DNA of 63,161 bases, filler included, from Thermodesulfobacteriota bacterium (GTDB lineage Bacteria > DASVDK01), in the NCBI GenBank assembly GCA_036381125.1. It is 4 parts of 4 records of this genome, joined end to end, with 100 filler letters (N's around TTAATTAATTAA, not from the genome) between each part and the next. Parts side by side here need not be neighbours in the genome. Positions count along the whole stretch, not along the records: positions 16,159 to 38,257 come from DASVDK010000107.1; 3 more parts are not named here. One strand, written 5' to 3'. The notes beneath the pieces were generated by a model. The model was not told where the DNA came from and ran no database searches. It was given only the letters and a program-made list of their open reading frames with translations. Positions 17,766-27,721 of the stretch are shown here, one piece after another (within the stretch, counting starts at the first letter, position 1; every line of letters begins with the position of its first letter). Position numbers and translations under genes: made by a program.

Positions 17766-18210
17766 GAAGGAGATCGCGCAGAAGCTGGCGAGCCAGACCT
17801 TCCCGAACGCCGAGGCACAGCAGGACTGGTTCTACGGATGGGAGGTCGAGAACTCGAACCCCGACTGGGAGTTCGACGTGGAGGTCGACAACGGGGTGGT
17901 CCAGATGCACGGGACCGTCGGGTCGTTCTCCGACATCCGCCGCGCGGTCGAGACCGCCATCTCGGTGCCGGGCGTGCGCGCCGTGCGCAACGACCTGCGC
18001 GTCGAGGGCCTCCCCTACTACGGGCGCTACTACGGCGGGTACTACGGCCCCTACGGCGCGTACGGTCCGTACGTCTCCGGCCCCTACGACGCCTACGGTC
18101 CGTACGGGCCCCCGATCGTGTACGGCCCGGCCGCGTACGGGACGTCCGGCGCGCAGACCTCTGGCGCCGAGCCCCAGGCGAGCCCGTCGCCCTCGCCCGG
18201 CCAGCAGTAG
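17750..18210 (+). pseudogene. BON-domain protein, 5'-truncated, with Tyr/Gly/Pro-rich tail
   Basis: DDDELTKEIAQKL...FDVEVDNGVVQMHGTVGS...AISVPGVRAVRNDLRV. No proper start is visible. Confidence 0.7.
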
Positions 18211-18397
18211 GCCCGCGGCCGACGCCGGGGCCCGTCTGCGCCGGATGCCGGGGACGCGGGCTTCGCTTCGCCGACAGCCGGCTACACGGGCAAGGCCTTC
18301 CCGGGCCGGAAGGGAAACGCCCGCTGGCCGGCTCGCGCAGGCCGGGGCTCCTCGTGCGGCTCGTCCTCGAGGGTGACCGGGTCGTCTGCGAGGAACG

Positions 18398-19024
18398 CTA
18401 CCCCGGCGACCTCGCCTGCCGCGCCACCGTGCGCAGCCGGAAGCCGAGCGCGACGAGCACGACCCCGAAGACGATCGCGTAGGCCCCGATCAGCCAGATG
18501 ATCGAGAGGGCGCCCGCCGCGGGGAAGAGCACGACCAGGATCCCGAAGACGACCGACAGGAGGCCGGCCAGCCCGAGCAGCCACTCCCCCTCGATCACCC
18601 TGCGCAGCCGGATGGCCTCGACGATCTCGAAGACGCCGTTCGCGATGGCCCAGATCGCGACGAGCGCGATCAGCGCCACGGCCGTGATGCCGGGGAGGAA
18701 CAGCGTCACCAGGCCGGCCCCGATGCCCACCACCCCCTCGAGGACCAGCGGCCAGCGACGCCCCGTCCAGGTCCGGCCGAAGATGGCCGCCCCGAGGGCG
18801 AAGAGCCCGTTGACGAACGCGTAGGCGCCGAAGAGGGCCACGAGCACGACGAACGTGGCGGCCGGCCAGGCGAACGCCAGCACGCCGAACAGGACGTTGA
18901 GCGCCCCGCGCAGCGCCACCACCCACCAGGACCCGATGAGGGCGCTCTCGAAGGCGGTCCGGACCGGGACCGTGACGGCGTCGTCCACCCCCCGCTCGTC
19001 TCGCCTCGGTCTTCTCGCTTCCAT
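18398..19024 (-). CDS. HdeD/DUF308 family membrane protein
   Basis: WWVVALRGALNVLFGVLAFAWP...AIRLRRVIEGEW...LIGAYAIVFG. Confidence 0.88.
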   Translation of the reverse strand: MEARRPRRDERGVDDAVTVPVRTAFESALIGSWWVVALRGALNVLFGVLAFAWPAATFVVLVALFGAYAFVNGLFALGAAIFGRTWTGRRWPLVLEGVVGIGAGLVTLFLPGITAVALIALVAIWAIANGVFEIVEAIRLRRVIEGEWLLGLAGLLSVVFGILVVLFPAAGALSIIWLIGAYAIVFGVVLVALGFRLRTVARQARSPG

Positions 19025-19160
19025 GCCTGGCAACCTCCTCTCGGGGGCGGCCGTGCTCGAGGAGCCGATCGCCCCCGTCCGGTATGGAGCGGTCCGCCGC
19101 CCTGGCTGCGGTATTGCCGGCCGCCCCGGTGTGGGAGAGCGCGCGCCGAGGGGACGAGCC

Positions 19161-19499
19161 TTACGGTGCGCGGCTGCCCGGGGCGGCCATGGGAAAGCCG
19201 GCCGTCTGCCAGGCGGAGACGCCGCCCTTCAGGGCCTTCACGTTCCGGAAGCCGAGACGTACGTACTGATCGACCCGACCGGCCGAGGTCGCCTCGGCCG
19301 GTCAGCCGCAGTAGAAGACGATCTCCTGTGCCCTGTCCAGGCTCCCCTCGCGCGCGCGGAACTCCGAGAACGAGAGCGAGCCCTCCAGAGCCATCTGGCG
19401 GCACTTCGCGTCGTCCTCGTACGCGCAGACCAGGAGCGCCTGTCCGGATTCGACCGCCCGGCGAGCCTCCTCGGGGCTGATGCGTTCGGCGGTGGCCAT
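19161..19499 (-). CDS. rhodanese-domain protein with in-frame UGA (probable selenocysteine, CGU motif), 112 aa
   Basis: MATAERIS...EIVFYCG-UGA(19302-19304)-PAEATSAGRVDQYVRLGFRNVKALKGGVSAWQTAGFP...TAA. The rhodanese C-terminal signature lies after the UGA. Confidence 0.85.
19272..19301 (-). promoter_or_regulatory. candidate bacterial SECIS hairpin
   Basis: GACC-U-CGG-CCGG-UCG-GGUC begins 11 nt after the UGA (bulged U, G-containing loop). An alternative perfect hairpin is CCGGCCGAGG-CGA-CCUCGGCCGG. Confidence 0.55.
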
Positions 19500-19554
19500 C
19501 GTGCATGCCTCCGGGATGGATGAGGTCGCTCGCTCGACCCGAACCGCAGAGCGG

Positions 19555-19570
19555 TGCAAGCTCCGCGCCC
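19555..19570 (-). promoter_or_regulatory. possible sigma54 promoter for the rhodanese gene
   Basis: GGGCGCGGAGCTTGCA has GG-N10-GC spacing, about 55 nt upstream of the ATG. Confidence 0.4.
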
Positions 19571-19604
19571 CCGCATCGGCGACCAGGCGCCGCAGGAGGA
19601 GCCC

Positions 19605-21310
19605 ATGATCGGACCCGTCGCCCGGCATCTCCTCGTGCTCGTCTCGGCCGCGGCCCTCGCCGCCTGCGGCGGCGGTGGAGGTGGCGGCGGTGGGGGTGGC
19701 GGGGGCGAGGGCGGAACCGGCGCGCCGGCGGCGACCTTCACGAAGGCGGTAGAGCTGCCTACCACGGCCCTCGGCTGGGCAGGGCCCTTCGAGACCGGCG
19801 GCGCCCGCTTCCAGATGCTGGTGCGCGCCCCCGACATCGGCGGCGCCGGGCCGATCCGGTCGATCGCGTTCCGCCTCCACGACGCCGCCGCCGAAGCCAA
19901 CAGCTGTCCGGACGTGACGATCGTCCTGGGCCACACGAGCAAGGCCAACCTCGAGACGACCTTCGCGAACAACGTCGAGGAGGGACGCGGCTCGGCGGCG
20001 GTCGTGCTCGACGGCGCCGTCACGATCCCCGCCGGGGACGCCGGTGACTACGTCACGATCCCCTTCGACGAGCCGTTCCTCTACAACGGCGTCGACAACC
20101 TGGTGGTGGACGTGATCTCGAGCGGGTGCAGCGGGGAGACGACCTTCGAGTCCTCGCAAGCCTCGACTCCGTACACGGCGGTCGTCTGGTCACCCAACAC
20201 GGCGGGGACGACGGGCATCGCCGGGACAGACCTTGCCGACCTCGAGCTGACCTTCGCCGGCGGCGACAACACCCTCGTCTACGCCGCGGGCGCGGCGGTC
20301 GACAACACCATCCCCTTCACGACCGGGGGCACGAGGAAGATCCAGGCCCTCTACCTGGCCGAGGAGATCGACGGCCGCGGCCCCATCACCGCGGTCGGCT
20401 TCCCGGTCGGCAACGACACGAGCACCGCGTGGACCTACACGGTCACCGTGCGGCTCGCCCACTCGACCGACCGCGCCCTTTCGGGCACCTACGCCGACGC
20501 CTACGCCGACACGCCGGTGACGGTCGCCGACGAGGTCCCCTTCGTCGTACCGGCCGGCCTCACGGCCGGGACCTACGTCTGGCTGCCGGCGCCCGACGGG
20601 GTCTTCAGCTACAACGGCGTCGACAACCTCGTCCTGGAGGTCGACGTGAGCACGGCGACCGGCCTCACGCGGTGGCGCATGCGCGACCCGGCCAGCGCCT
20701 CGTGCGGCTCGCCTCGGGGGCGTCGGGCGGCAGCGCCGGCGCCGGCGGGATCGACTGGGTCCCCGACGTGAAGTTCCGCTTCGCCGGCGGGACGATGGAC
20801 GTCATCACGCCCGGAGGGGCCGCCGACGCGGTGCCGTTCGGCCAGTTCGACGGGAAGCGGCAGTACCTGTACCTCGCCAGCGAGCTGGGGAGCGCCGGCA
20901 CCATCACGAAAATCGCCTGCCGGCTCAGCGACCCGCTGGGCTCCGCTGCGGCGACGTACTCCGGGTACGAGGTGGCCATGGGTCACACGACGGCGGCGGC
21001 GCTCGACACCGACTTCGCGGCCAACATGGTCGACGCGACGCAGGTCTTCAGCGGGAGCATCGCGGTGCCGGGTGGGCTCACGCGCGGTGACTGGATCGAG
21101 GTCCCGCTGTCCACGCCGTTCCGCTACAACGGCAAGGACAACCTCGTCGTCCAGTTCGCCGGGCCGGCCGGCACGGTCAACAACAGGTGCATCCTGGATA
21201 ACACGTCCGCGGTGCGCTACGCGAACCGGCGGCTCGCCAGCAACGACCCGGCGGCCGCCAGCGGGACGCTCCTCTCCGACCTCGCCGACATGCGGTTCTT
21301 CGTCCGGTAG
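19605..21310 (+). CDS. lipoprotein with three beta-rich repeat domains, frameshifted near 20690
   Basis: Lipobox LAAC followed by poly-Gly. The motif F.YNG.DNLV occurs three times; repeats 1-2 are in ORF 19554 and repeat 3 is in ORF 20126. Confidence 0.75.
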
Positions 21311-21384
21311 CCGGGGCGCCCGCCGGCCGCGCGCACCGGGGCGGCGTTCGTGGCAAGATGGTCGCCGGGTGGTCCGGAGGTGCC

Positions 21385-22317
21385 ATGCCGGCGATGAGTC
21401 GACGCGAGGGGCTGCGCCTGATCGGCGCGGCGATGGCAGGTCTGGCAGCCGCACCTTCGGGCGCCGCCCCGGGAACGGCCTCGTCCCCGGCGGAGCCCAT
21501 GCTGTCCCGGCGCATCCCCTCGTCGGGCGAGATGCTCCCGGTGATCGGCCTCGGGACCTGGCAGACCTTCGACGTCGGCCCGGACCCGGCGGAGCGCGCG
21601 CCGCTCGAGGAGGTCCTCGCCACGTTCGCGGCGATGGGCGGCACGCTGGTCGACTCCTCGCCCATGTACGGCCGGGCCGAGGAGGTGGTCGGCGACCTCG
21701 CCGCCCGACTCGGGCTCCACTCGACGCTCTTCCTCGCCACGAAGGTCTGGACCTCGGGCAAGGCGGCCGGCATCCGCCAGATGGAGAGGTCGATGCGCAG
21801 GCTCCGGGCCGAGCGGATCGACCTGATGCAGGTCCACAACCTGGTCGACGCCGCGACGCACCTCGACACGCTGCGCGAGTGGAAGCGCGAGGGCCGGGTC
21901 CGGTACATCGGGGTGACCCACTACACGGCCGGGGGTCACGACGACGTGGCGCGGATCGTCGCCTCCGAGCCGATCGACTTCGTCCAGATCAACTACTCCG
22001 TCGGCGAGCGGGAGGCGGAGCGGCGCCTGCTGCCGCTCTGCCTCGAGCGGGGCGTGGCGGTGATCGCCAACCGGCCGTTCGCGGGCGGCAACCTGTTCCG
22101 CCGCCTGCGAAGCCGGCCGCTTCCGCCCTGGGCCGCCGAGATCGGCTGCGAGAGCTGGGCGCAGCTCATGCTCAAGTTCGTCGTCTCGCACCCGGCGGTC
22201 ACCTGCGCGATCCCCGCCACCTCCCGGGCGGCTCACCTGCGCGACAACATGAAGGCCGGCCGCGGCCCCCTCCCCGACGAGGCGCTGCGGGCGAGGATCG
22301 CCGCGGAGGCGGCGTGA
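21385..22317 (+). CDS. aldo/keto reductase with Tat-like signal
   Basis: SRREGL..., IGLGTWQ, DSSPMYG, FLATKVW, IDLMQVHN and CAIPATS. Confidence 0.9.
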   Translation: MPAMSRREGLRLIGAAMAGLAAAPSGAAPGTASSPAEPMLSRRIPSSGEMLPVIGLGTWQTFDVGPDPAERAPLEEVLATFAAMGGTLVDSSPMYGRAEEVVGDLAARLGLHSTLFLATKVWTSGKAAGIRQMERSMRRLRAERIDLMQVHNLVDAATHLDTLREWKREGRVRYIGVTHYTAGGHDDVARIVASEPIDFVQINYSVGEREAERRLLPLCLERGVAVIANRPFAGGNLFRRLRSRPLPPWAAEIGCESWAQLMLKFVVSHPAVTCAIPATSRAAHLRDNMKAGRGPLPDEALRARIAAEAA

Positions 22318-23063
22318 GCGCGACGCCCGTGCGCGTCACCTTCCTCGGCAGCGGCGACGCGTTCGGCAGCGGCGGCCGCTTCCAGGCGTGCATCCTCGTC
22401 GAGGCGGGCGGCGGACGGGTCCTCCTCGACTGCGGCGCCTCGTCGCTCGTCGCCATGCGTCGTTTCGGCGTCGAGCCGAACGCCGTCGACGCCGTGGTCC
22501 TCAGCCACCTCCACGGCGATCACTTCGGCGGCGTCCCGTTCATGGTCCTCGACGCGCAGCTCGTCAGCAAACGGACCCGACCGCTCCTGGTCGCCGGCCC
22601 TCCCGGGACGGCCCGGCGGGTGACCGAGACGATGGAGGCGCTCTTCCCCGGCTCGTCGCGGGTGGCGCGCGCGTTCCCTCTCGAGCTGATCGACCTCGCC
22701 CCGGACGTCCCGCGGACCTTCGGCGGCTTCGTGGTGACCCCGACGGTCGTGCAGCACGCCAGCGGCGCGCCCCCCTTCGCGCTCAGGCTCGAGTGCGAGG
22801 GGAGGGTCATCGCCTACACGGGCGACACGGAGTGGACCGACGCCCTGGTCGAGGCGGCGCGCGGCGCGGACCTGCTCATCGCCGAGGCCTACTTCTTCGA
22901 CAGGTCGATCCGGTACCATCTCGACTACGCGACGCTCGCACGGGCCCTGCCGAGGATCGGCGCCAGACGGGTGATCCTGACCCACATGAGCCGCGACATG
23001 CTCGGCCGGCTCGCCGAGGTCCCCTGCGAGACGGCCGAGGACGGCAAGACGGTCACGATCTGA
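22314..23063 (+). CDS. MBL-fold metallo-hydrolase (RNase Z/BN-like)
   Basis: FLGSGDAFG, LDCG, SHLHGDHFGG, YTGDT and LTHMS. Confidence 0.9.
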   Translation: MSATPVRVTFLGSGDAFGSGGRFQACILVEAGGGRVLLDCGASSLVAMRRFGVEPNAVDAVVLSHLHGDHFGGVPFMVLDAQLVSKRTRPLLVAGPPGTARRVTETMEALFPGSSRVARAFPLELIDLAPDVPRTFGGFVVTPTVVQHASGAPPFALRLECEGRVIAYTGDTEWTDALVEAARGADLLIAEAYFFDRSIRYHLDYATLARALPRIGARRVILTHMSRDMLGRLAEVPCETAEDGKTVTI

Positions 23064-23724
23064 CGGCGCCCTCGCGCCGCCGGTAGACCGCGATCGCGAC
23101 CGGCCGCGACGCGAGCGCCGCCCGGCGGCGATCGAGCGCGACGAGCCCTCCGCCGACGAGCCGGTCGAACGGGCGGTGCGCGAGCGCGTGCCGCGGATGC
23201 TCGAGGACCAGGTCGCCGCCCGGCGCGAGCCAGGCGACGAGCCGGTCGCGGACCAGCCCGCAGGCGCGGCCGAAGGGGAGCGGGTAGCAGTAGTAGAGGA
23301 CCTCGGCGCAGACGACGAGGTCGAAGCCGCCGGCCGGCGCCTCGGGCGGCAGGGCGGGCGCGAGCAGGTCCCCCCTGACCACCCGGACGTTGGCCGGCAG
23401 CTCGACGGCGCGTGCCACCGCCCGGCCGGAGATGTCGAGGCCCACGACGCGGTCGCCCCGCTCGGCCAGGCGGCGCGTGGTGTGTCCCTCGCCGCAGCCG
23501 GCCTCGAGGACCGATCGGTATCGGGGCCGCGGTAGGGCGGCGAGCACCGCCTCTCGCCGCGCCGCCTCGTACGGCGAGGCGGCGTAGCCCCACGGGTCGG
23601 GATCGGCGTAGACCCGATCGAAGTAGGCGCCGTCGAAGTAGCGCCGCCCGGCCAGGCGCGCGAGCCCCGCCGCGACGTGCTCGGCCAGCCGGCTGCCGAG
23701 TTCGGCGGCCCGCTGCCGGTTCAC
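23053..23724 (-). CDS. class I SAM-dependent methyltransferase (NodS-like)
   Basis: DPWGY..SPYE, VLEAGCGEG, GLDIS and FDLVVCAEVLYY. Confidence 0.85.
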   Translation of the reverse strand: MNRQRAAELGSRLAEHVAAGLARLAGRRYFDGAYFDRVYADPDPWGYAASPYEAARREAVLAALPRPRYRSVLEAGCGEGHTTRRLAERGDRVVGLDISGRAVARAVELPANVRVVRGDLLAPALPPEAPAGGFDLVVCAEVLYYCYPLPFGRACGLVRDRLVAWLAPGGDLVLEHPRHALAHRPFDRLVGGGLVALDRRRAALASRPVAIAVYRRREGAVRS

Positions 23725-23952
23725 GGCGCCTCCGCGGCGAGCCTCGTTCCCGCCGGAGCCGGTCGAGGTGCTCGCGGACGGCCTCCCCCATCGGCCACGC
23801 GACGGCCGGCTCGCTCCGCGTGCTGCCGAGTCGCCGCACGGCGCTCGTCGATGACCCCGGGCAGCGGCTTCACCCGCACATTCCAGGCTCGGTCCGTCCA
23901 GTCGTGCGCGCCGGCGGCGTGACGCTCGACACCGCCGCCGCGCGAGGGGGCT

Positions 23953-26109
23953 TCAGGCGGCGCGCTCGCGGCCGGTGGCTGCCGGCAGGCGGAGGACGAA
24001 GGTGCTCCCGCAGCCGAGCCCCGCGCTCTCGGCCCAGATCCGGCCGCCGTGCAGCTCGGTCAGCCGCCTGGCGATGGCGAGCCCCAGGCCGGCACCCTGC
24101 CGCGCGGCGGTCGGGCGCCCGGAGACGCCGGTGATCTGGACGAACGGCTCGAAGATCCGCTCCAGGTGCTCACGCGGGATCCCGGCGCCGCTGTCCTGCA
24201 CGCGCACCTCCAGCTCGCCTCCGGCGGCGTACCCGGTCACCCGGATCGTCCCTCCCGATGGGGTGTGCTTGATGGCGTTCGTCAGCAGGTTCACCAGGAT
24301 CTGCTCGATCTTCAGCCGGTCGCCGACGAGCGCGAGCCCGGGCTCGACGGCGTTCAGGATGGCGACGCCCTTCTCCTGCGCGAGCGGCGCGACCTGCCCC
24401 AGCACCTCGGCGACCTCCGCCGCGAGCTCCACCGCCTCGACGTCGAGCGGCAGTTGGCCGGCCGCCAGGCGCGAGGCGTCGAGCAGGTCGTTGAGCAGCC
24501 GGATCATCTGGTCGACGTGCCGCCTGGCGGCCGAGACCAGGTTGGCCCCCTCCGCAGGCGCCACGCCTCTCGTGAAGAAGGCGAGGTTCCCCTTGACGAC
24601 GGTGAGCGGCGTCCGCAGCTCGTGGGAGGCGCGGGCGAGGAAGTCGTCGCGCACCCGGATCGCCTCCTGGGCCTCCTCGTAGAGCCTGGCGTTGTCCGCC
24701 GCGAGCGCGGCCCGTCGCGCGAGGTCCTCGGCGAGGGCGAGGTCGGCGTCGTCGTAGCGGGCCGAGCTGGTCGACGCGAACGTGATCGCGCCGAGCGTCC
24801 GGTTGCGGGCCACGAGGGGGACCACCATGAGCTGGCGCAGGCGCAGCGCCTCGAGCACCTCGAGCTGGCGCGGCTCGTGGCCGACGCGGGCGGGCAGCAC
24901 CCCCTGCGCGTCGGCGAGGACCTCCGGCCGGCCGCTCCGGATCGCCTCCGGGATCGGGTGCCGGCTCGCGGCGTCGGGCGGGACGCGAAGCAGCTCGCGC
25001 GCGAGCGCCTCCTTCTCGGGGTCGACGTGCGTCGCCGCGAGCCGGCGGATCGACCGGTCCCGGTCGACCAGGTCGACGACGCAGCAGTCGGCGAGTCGAG
25101 GCACCGCCAGGCGGCTCACGCTCGCGAGCGTCGCGTCGTAGTCGAGCGAGCCGGCCAGTTGCCGGCTCGCCTCGGCGAGGAAGCGCTGGGACTCGTCGGC
25201 CCACTTGCGCTCGATCGCCATGGCGAGCACGTTGGCGACGGCCTGCAGGAAGTGGATGTCGTCCCGCGTGAAGGTCCGCGGCCGGCAGCTATGCGCGCCG
25301 AGGACGCCGAAGGGACGACGCCGGCCGTCGATGATGACGGTCACGCCGCTGGTGAGCTGATGCGCCTGGTGCACCGGGGGGAGCTTGAAGCGGCGCTCGG
25401 TCCGCCAGTCCTCGACGATGACCGGCTCGCCGTAGAGCAGCGTGTAGCCCGCCTGGGAGTCGCGGCCGCTGCCGACCGTGGCGCGGCCGACGAGGTCCGC
25501 GCCCCACCCCACGCCCGCCCGGAGGCGAAGCGTGGCGCCGTCGGGGAGCAGCTCGAGCACCTTCGCGTACTCGACCTGGAGCGTGCGGGCGACCAGACCG
25601 ACGGCGTCGTTCATCAGCGTCGCCACGTCGACGCCCGCGAGGGCCCGCTGCCCGAGGTCGGCGACCGCGGCCTGCTGCCGCACCCGGGCCTTGAGCGCCT
25701 CCTCAACCCGCTTGCGCGCGCTGATGTCGAGCATGACGCCTCGCAGCTTCTGCGCCCGTCCCTCCGGGTCACGGACGACGTGCACCAGCTCGTGCAGCCA
25801 GACGACGCGGCCGTCGGCCGCCACGACCCGGTACTCGACCTCGTGGTCACGCCCGTCGCGCATCGACTCCTCGCAATGCGCAATCGCCGCCTCGCGATCG
25901 TCCGGGTGGACGAGCGAGACCCAGAAGTCGGGCGTGCCGAGCCAGCGCTCGATCGGGTAGCCGAGGATGTCCTCGGCGCGCCGACTCACGAAGGTGAACT
26001 GCCAGGTCGCGGCGTCCGCTTCCCAGAAGATCGCGCCGAGCCCCTCGATGAGGTCGCGGATGCGCCGCCTCGCCTGGACTGGCCACATGGGCCGGCCGGC
26101 GTTGGTCAT
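23953..26109 (-). CDS. PAS-GAF-GAF histidine kinase
   Basis: PAS (VHPDDRE), two GAF domains, ASHELRTPL, NAIKHT and GAGLGLAI. Confidence 0.9.
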   Translation of the reverse strand: MTNAGRPMWPVQARRRIRDLIEGLGAIFWEADAATWQFTFVSRRAEDILGYPIERWLGTPDFWVSLVHPDDREAAIAHCEESMRDGRDHEVEYRVVAADGRVVWLHELVHVVRDPEGRAQKLRGVMLDISARKRVEEALKARVRQQAAVADLGQRALAGVDVATLMNDAVGLVARTLQVEYAKVLELLPDGATLRLRAGVGWGADLVGRATVGSGRDSQAGYTLLYGEPVIVEDWRTERRFKLPPVHQAHQLTSGVTVIIDGRRRPFGVLGAHSCRPRTFTRDDIHFLQAVANVLAMAIERKWADESQRFLAEASRQLAGSLDYDATLASVSRLAVPRLADCCVVDLVDRDRSIRRLAATHVDPEKEALARELLRVPPDAASRHPIPEAIRSGRPEVLADAQGVLPARVGHEPRQLEVLEALRLRQLMVVPLVARNRTLGAITFASTSSARYDDADLALAEDLARRAALAADNARLYEEAQEAIRVRDDFLARASHELRTPLTVVKGNLAFFTRGVAPAEGANLVSAARRHVDQMIRLLNDLLDASRLAAGQLPLDVEAVELAAEVAEVLGQVAPLAQEKGVAILNAVEPGLALVGDRLKIEQILVNLLTNAIKHTPSGGTIRVTGYAAGGELEVRVQDSGAGIPREHLERIFEPFVQITGVSGRPTAARQGAGLGLAIARRLTELHGGRIWAESAGLGCGSTFVLRLPAATGRERAA

Positions 26110-26326
26110 ACACGCCCTCCCCGTTCGGCTACGCGCACGGCGTGTGGAGGATCACGTGGTCGGACGAGTCGTCGGCAGGTAGGGCCCTCATGCTCGATGG
26201 TGCGAGACGGGCTGGATGCAGGTGCCCCTCCCTCCCCCGCGAGGTAATCACGGTCGCCGGAGCGTTGTCAACCCCAAGGTGGCCGCGGCGGCGTGACGCC
26301 GACGCAGCCGCGAGTAAGATGTCCGG

Positions 26327-27700
26327 ATGCCCTCGACCCCGTACCATCGTCCCGAAGCCTCCCTCACGGCGCTCCTCGGCCTCGCCTGGCCGATCATCGT
26401 CTCCCGCTCCACCCAGGTGGTCATCGGCCTGGCCGACGCGGTCATGGTCGCCGGCCTCGGCGAAGCCGCGCTGGCCGCCACGACGGCCGGGGCGCTCAAC
26501 ACCTTCTGCATCCTCATCCTCCCCATGGGGATCGTCTTCATCGTGTCGAGCTTCGCGTCGCAGCTCTTCGGCCGCGGCGACCTGGCGGGCGCTCGGCGCT
26601 ACGGGTTCTACGGGCTCGCCGTCGCCGCGGCGACGCAGGCCGTCTGTCTCGGCGCGATCCCCTGGATCCCCGCCGTCCTCGGCCGGTTCGCCTATGCGGA
26701 GGACGTGCAGCGGCTGATGACCGGTTACCTGACCTGGCGACTTCTCTCCGGGGGCGCGGCCATCGGCATCGAGGCGCTCGCCAACTACTACGGAGGGCTC
26801 GGCCGCACGCGCCTGCCCATGGTCGTCAACGTGATCGCCATGGTGATCAACGTCCTCGGCAACTGGGTCTTCATCTTCGGCCACCTGGGCGTCCCGGCGC
26901 TCGGCGTGACCGGCGCGGCCATGGCGTCGACCCTCGCCACCTGGCTCGCCTTCCTCGGCTTCGCGGCCCTGTTCGTCTGGGAAGGGGAACGGGCGGGCCC
27001 CCGCATGCCCGGCTTCCGCGCGCAGGAGCTGTGGCGGATGCTCCGCTTCGGCGTCCCGTCGGGGCTCAACTGGTTCTTCGAGTTCTTCGCCTTCATCTTC
27101 TTCGTGAACGTGGTCGTGGCCGGCCTGGGGACCACGGCGCTCGCCGCCCTGATGGCGGTGTTCCAGATCGGCTCGGTGGCCTTCATGCCGGCCTTCGCCC
27201 TGGCGAGCGCCGGAGCGATCCTGGTGGGCCAGAGCATCGGCGCCGACCGGCGCGACGACGTCCCGCGGATGGTGTGGCTCACCTTCCTGGTGGCAGCCGG
27301 CTGGCAGGGGGTCGTGGCAGTCGTCTACCTGACGACGCCGGAGCTGCTGATACAGCCCTTCCTCGAGCGGGGGGGCGACGGGGCGTTGCTCGCGATCGGT
27401 CGCCGGATGCTGATGCTCTCGGCGGCGTGGCTCCTCTTCGACGCCGCGGTCGGGGTGCTCGCCGAGGCGCTGCGCGCGGCGGGCGACACCGCCTTCACGC
27501 TCTGGGCACGCCTGGCGATCGCCTGGCTGATCTTCGTGCCCGGCTCGTACGTGACCGTTCGCCTGCTCGGGATGGGAGACGTGGCGGCCGTCCTCTGGGT
27601 CGTCCTCTACCTGTCCCTGCTCGCCGCCGTCCTGGCGATACGCTTCTGGGCCGGGACGTGGCGGCGGATCGAGCTGGTGGGGGAGGTGCCGGCCGGGTGA
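26327..27700 (+). CDS. MATE family efflux transporter
   Basis: LAWPII...ADAVMVAGLG, GLGRTRLPM, FGHLGVPALGVTGAAMAS and LRAAGDT. Confidence 0.9.
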   Translation: MPSTPYHRPEASLTALLGLAWPIIVSRSTQVVIGLADAVMVAGLGEAALAATTAGALNTFCILILPMGIVFIVSSFASQLFGRGDLAGARRYGFYGLAVAAATQAVCLGAIPWIPAVLGRFAYAEDVQRLMTGYLTWRLLSGGAAIGIEALANYYGGLGRTRLPMVVNVIAMVINVLGNWVFIFGHLGVPALGVTGAAMASTLATWLAFLGFAALFVWEGERAGPRMPGFRAQELWRMLRFGVPSGLNWFFEFFAFIFFVNVVVAGLGTTALAALMAVFQIGSVAFMPAFALASAGAILVGQSIGADRRDDVPRMVWLTFLVAAGWQGVVAVVYLTTPELLIQPFLERGGDGALLAIGRRMLMLSAAWLLFDAAVGVLAEALRAAGDTAFTLWARLAIAWLIFVPGSYVTVRLLGMGDVAAVLWVVLYLSLLAAVLAIRFWAGTWRRIELVGEVPAG

Positions 27701-27721
27701 GGGGCCGCCGGAGGGCTCCCG

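Noticed and set aside
13929-19499. A selenium island linking SBP56 and the Sec-rhodanese
   Set aside because: The genes are on different contigs separated by an assembly spacer, and SBP56 is not a Sec protein.
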